Part shown: positions 60,360 to 64,000 of the stretch, piece by piece
How the letters are laid out: each line of letters starts with the position of its first letter
Position numbering within the stretch: the first letter of the stretch is position 1
Source: an uncultured delta proteobacterium
Lineage (GTDB): Bacteria > Desulfobacterota > Binatia > Bin18
Length of the DNA: 64,000 nucleotides
Reading direction: 5' to 3'
NCBI GenBank assembly: GCA_963733195.1
Contig: CAVTCR010000009.1
Coordinates: 1-64,000 of the forward strand
Translations under genes and position numbers: made by a program
Notes under the pieces: generated by a model
What the model was told of the DNA's origin: nothing
Database searches by the model: none
Seen by the model: only the letters and a program-made list of their open reading frames with translations

Positions 60360-61918
60360 TGAATTTGGCACGAATTTTCTGGGAGCATTTGACACGAAAC
60401 GAGTCGATGGTTGTGCTTGAGCGTCTAGAGGCAGATGGTACTGTCTCCTGGCGACAGACACGCGGCGAGTTGCGTCGGGAGGCTGCCCAGTGGATGGCGG
60501 CATTACACGCTGCCGGTATTGGTCCTGGGGACCGTGTTGCTGTGTCGCTGGGGAAATCTTCCGGTTTAGTGACGGCTCATCTCGCTGTGCTGGGTGTCGG
60601 CGCCGGTGTTGTGCCACTGAATCCTGCACTTACTGCACGTGAAACTGAGGCGGTATTGCAGCGAGCTCAGGTTAAACTGGCGATTACGCACCGTGAAACA
60701 ATCGTCCGAGCACCGGATATTATCAATGCCGTACAAGGGCCGTGCTGGGTCGCTGGCGAAACGGACGGAGTCCCGTCCGGCATTATCCCCCTCTCTCAGG
60801 TACTTCCGACAAGTCCTTCTGGAGTGGAACCAGTCGAACGCGTCAATGATGATCTCGCCTTACTCGTGTTTACTAGTGGAACGACTGGCGCCCCGAAAGG
60901 AGTTGGCCTCACACACGAAAACTTACGCGCGAATTTGCAAGCCCTGCTGGTTGAAACCTGGGAGATGAAGGAGTCTGATCGTCTGTTACACACGCTTCCT
61001 CCTCATCATGTCCACGGGCTTGGTCTTGGGCTGTACGGCAGTCTGTATGTTGGCAATACTGCTGTATTGCTCGAACGGTTTGAGCCAGCGGTGGTGTTGC
61101 GGACGTTTGGGCCACAACGCATTAGCGTATTTATGGGGGTGCCGACGATGTATCATCGCATGACGGAAGCAGTAGAGGCGGACAAAACACTGAAGCCTCA
61201 CGTCTCGCTAACTTCTATGCGCGTATTCACGTGCGGATCGGCACCGCTGTCGCCGGAAACGTTTCGTCGCTTCCGTGAGCAATTCGATTTTCCTATCGTC
61301 GAGCGCTATGGGTTGACGGAAACCGTGATCAATACGTCAAACCCGCTTCGTGGTCCCTGGAAACTCGGTAGCGTGGGCTTGCCACTCCCTGGCGTGGAGG
61401 TAGGGATTTTTGATCCGCAAACCCTGCAACGTCTAAATACACAAGAAACTGGAGAAATCTGCGTTCGTGGCCCGAATGTGTTTCATGGTTACTGGAATAA
61501 TCCTGAAGCTACGGCACCAGCGTTCCACGATAATTGGTTTCGTACTGGCGATCTCGGGGCTATTGATGCTGATGGTTATGTGTCAATTCTTGGGCGTATC
61601 AAGGAGCTGATCATTGTGGGTGGAACGAACGTCACTCCTGGAGAGGTCGAAGTGGTACTGGAGACGGATGTGGGAGTAGCCGAGTGCGCAGTTGTCGGAA
61701 TTCCAGATACGGATCTTGGTGAACGTATTACCGCTTTTATCGTTCCACGTGCAGGCGAGGACACTACCGCCTTAGAGGCACGCTTGCGTACGAAAGCAGA
61801 ACATGATCTCGCTCCCTACAAACGACCGCGAGTTTATCGGTTTCTGGATGCCGTTCCCCGCAATGCGATGGGAAAGGTGGAGCGAGCAAAGTTGCGAGAA
61901 CAGGGGACAGAAAAATAA
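60360..61918 (+). CDS. Acyl-CoA synthetase (MatB-like AMP-binding enzyme)
   Basis: FTSGTTGAPKG, HVHGL, ERYGLTET, FRTGDLG, RNAMGKV. Confidence 0.92.
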
Positions 61919-62057
61919 AAATCAAAAGGCAAAGGTCAAAAGTCAAAAATAACACAAATCGAAGTGGGGAAACGCAAAAAGAAGCATGAAACTTGGAACG
62001 TGAAACGTAAGACTTTAGACTTTGGACTGAAACTGTAAACCTTGAACCTTAAACTTT
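61912..62057. repeat. Two adjacent 7-mer tracts
   Basis: aaaataa aaatcaa aaggcaa aggtcaa aagtcaa; aaacttg gaacgtg aaacgta agacttt agacttt ... aaccttg aacctta. Confidence 0.8.
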
Positions 62058-62095
62058 CCTAACACTAAGAGCTTATACGAGAGGATAATAACTAC

Positions 62096-62950
62096 ATGCG
62101 TCTTGTGTCGTACGAACGAAATGATCAACGGAGTATTGGCGCGCTTACTACTGTAGGCATTATTGATTTTCCCTCCGCCTCTGGGGGTGAGTTGCCGGCG
62201 GATATGCTGACGTTTCTTCAACAAGGAGAGACCGCGCTCGCGCGTGCCAAAGAAGTAGTGGCAAAAGGCAGATCGGGAATTCCGCTGCCTGAAGTCCACT
62301 TGCTTGCCCCAGTGCCGAAACCCGGAAAAATTATTGGTATTGGCCTCAACTATGCAGACCATGCAGCAGAAGGTGGACGCGAGAAACCAAAGTATCCGAT
62401 GATATTTACCAAAGCCGTCTCTGCCGTTATTGCCAACGGTGAGACCATCCAGATTCCCTTTGTGACCGAGATGGTTGACTTCGAGGGTGAGCTTGCCGTG
62501 GTTATCGGTAAACGGGCCAAAGAGGTGTCAGGAAAGGATGCCCTTAGCTATGTCGCTGGGTACACCATTTGCAACGATGTCAGCGGACGCGATTACCAAG
62601 AGCGCAGCAGCCCGACTGCCGGAAAGTCGTTTGATACCTTTGCGCCGCTTGGTCCGGCGATTGTCACAAAAGATGAGATTTCCGATCCACACAGCCTCGA
62701 TATCCGTACGATCGTGAGCGGCGAGGAAATGCAACATTCCAACACTCGTCATCTCATTTTCAATGTGAATTACTTGATCGACTACCTTTCGCACATCTTC
62801 CCACTGGAGCCGGGAGATATTATCTCAACTGGGACGCCATCTGGTGTGGGGTGGTTCCGGAACCCACCACGATTCCTCAAATCGGGTGACACTGTACGGA
62901 TTGAAATTGAGAAGGTAGGTATTCTGCAAAACTCTGTTGTGGCATTGTAA
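62096..62950 (+). CDS. Fumarylacetoacetate hydrolase family protein
   Basis: [43 protein letters not shown]. Confidence 0.94.
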   Translation: MRLVSYERNDQRSIGALTTVGIIDFPSASGGELPADMLTFLQQGETALARAKEVVAKGRSGIPLPEVHLLAPVPKPGKIIGIGLNYADHAAEGGREKPKYPMIFTKAVSAVIANGETIQIPFVTEMVDFEGELAVVIGKRAKEVSGKDALSYVAGYTICNDVSGRDYQERSSPTAGKSFDTFAPLGPAIVTKDEISDPHSLDIRTIVSGEEMQHSNTRHLIFNVNYLIDYLSHIFPLEPGDIISTGTPSGVGWFRNPPRFLKSGDTVRIEIEKVGILQNSVVAL

Positions 62951-63105
62951 GAACATTGCTTGGAGGTTGTCTCGTTTGTTTTACAGGGTGGAAGAGGAAC
63001 CCTCCCGCCTTGCCTACACACGCCTACTTTTTTCCGCTGAAAATTCTCTTTCCTCGTCTTTTGCCTTTTATCCCCTACTCACGTTATAAAGATAAAGGGA
63101 CCAAG

Positions 63106-64000
63106 ATGAGTATACGTGACGAGGAAAAGAGCAAAGCACAGCTCCTCGCAGAACTGCGCGCCTTGCGTAAGCAGGTAGGGATGCTTGAGGCGGGTGCAGC
63201 AAAGCACCAGGACACAGAAGCGGATCTAGGTGCGGCGAAAGAATACGCAGAAACAATAATCAACAGCTCGCTCGACATGATTATCGCTGTCGATGAGCAT
63301 CGACGGATCACCGAATTTAATCCTGCTGCAGAGAAGACCTTTGGCTATCGCAAGTCAGAAGTCGTCGGCCAACCTGTCGACATCTTATACGAGGACCCCT
63401 CCCAGGGAGAGGATATCTATGAGAAGGTCCTTGCTACTGGAGGCGGTACCGCAGAGGTGAGAAACAAGAAGAAGGATGGAGAGCCTTTTGATGCATACCT
63501 CGAGGCATCAGTCCTGCGCAATGCAAAAGGGCATGTTGTTGGATTAATGGGGATTTCGCGCGACGTGTCTGAACGGAAACATACGCGCGAAGTTCAAGCT
63601 CGATTGACTGCCATTCTTGAAGGTACAACGGATTGTGTCGGTATCTCTGTTCCTGGTGGCGAATGGTGTACCTGAATCGTGCTGGCCGAAAGTTGCTGGG
63701 TATTGGGGAAGATGAGCCGCTGTCAGAGATCAATGTCCTACATTTTCATCCTGAGAGGACCCGTATCCAACTGAGTGAGATTGTCCCGAGCTTGATCAAT
63801 GACGGACAATGGAGTGGTGAGACTGCTATCCTCACCCGAGGTGGTCGAGAAGTGCCAGTATCGCAAACTGTTCTGGCCCACAAAGGGCCAGACGGCATGG
63901 TGCAATTTTTTTCAACGATCATTCGGGATATCTCCACGCAAAAAGAGATCGAGTCAGCACTACGCGAATCCGAAGAGAAGTATCGAGAGTCTGGTCGAGA
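63106..64000 (+). CDS. Multi-PAS sensor protein, N-terminal part; frameshift near 63652; runs off the window
   Basis: KSKAQLLAEL coiled coil, FNPAAEKTFGY, RDVSERK; shifted frame YLNRAGRKLLG...WSGE...RDISTQK. Confidence 0.85.

Noticed and set aside
1-64000. Prophage, IS, integron or rRNA/tRNA genes; many short antisense ORFs
   Set aside because: No integrase, transposase, phage or structural RNA signatures recognised; short ORFs are shadows of assigned genes

Overview
Bacterial chromosomal window of moderately high GC. The gene content suggests a deltaproteobacterial lineage such as Ca. Binatia (inference: cofC, two luciferase-like monooxygenases, class III CoA transferases, an adenylate cyclase-AAA-TPR gene). 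An intact housekeeping block (aspC-coaD-rsmD; miaA-accA-pheA-hisC-tyrA-aroA-cmk-rpsA-ihfB-HIT; uppP) is interleaved with accessory catabolic and signalling genes. About a dozen accessory genes carry single-base frameshifts, probably sequencing error. No rRNA, tRNA, CRISPR array, transposase or prophage was found. Highlights: (1) a self-contained sigma54 system at 7.9-16.2 kb, with three paralogous acidic secreted proteins that each have a -24/-12 promoter and the same tandem 13-bp enhancer, surrounding a porin, a small periplasmic protein, a sensor kinase and an NtrC-family activator; (2) a candidate ~100-nt sRNA with promoter, two C-rich-loop hairpins and terminator at ~32.0 kb; (3) many degenerate 7/8-mer tandem tracts arranged as inverted arms, plus nested REP-like palindromes, some lying inside coding sequence; (4) an ECF41-type sigma factor with a visible duplicated target promoter.
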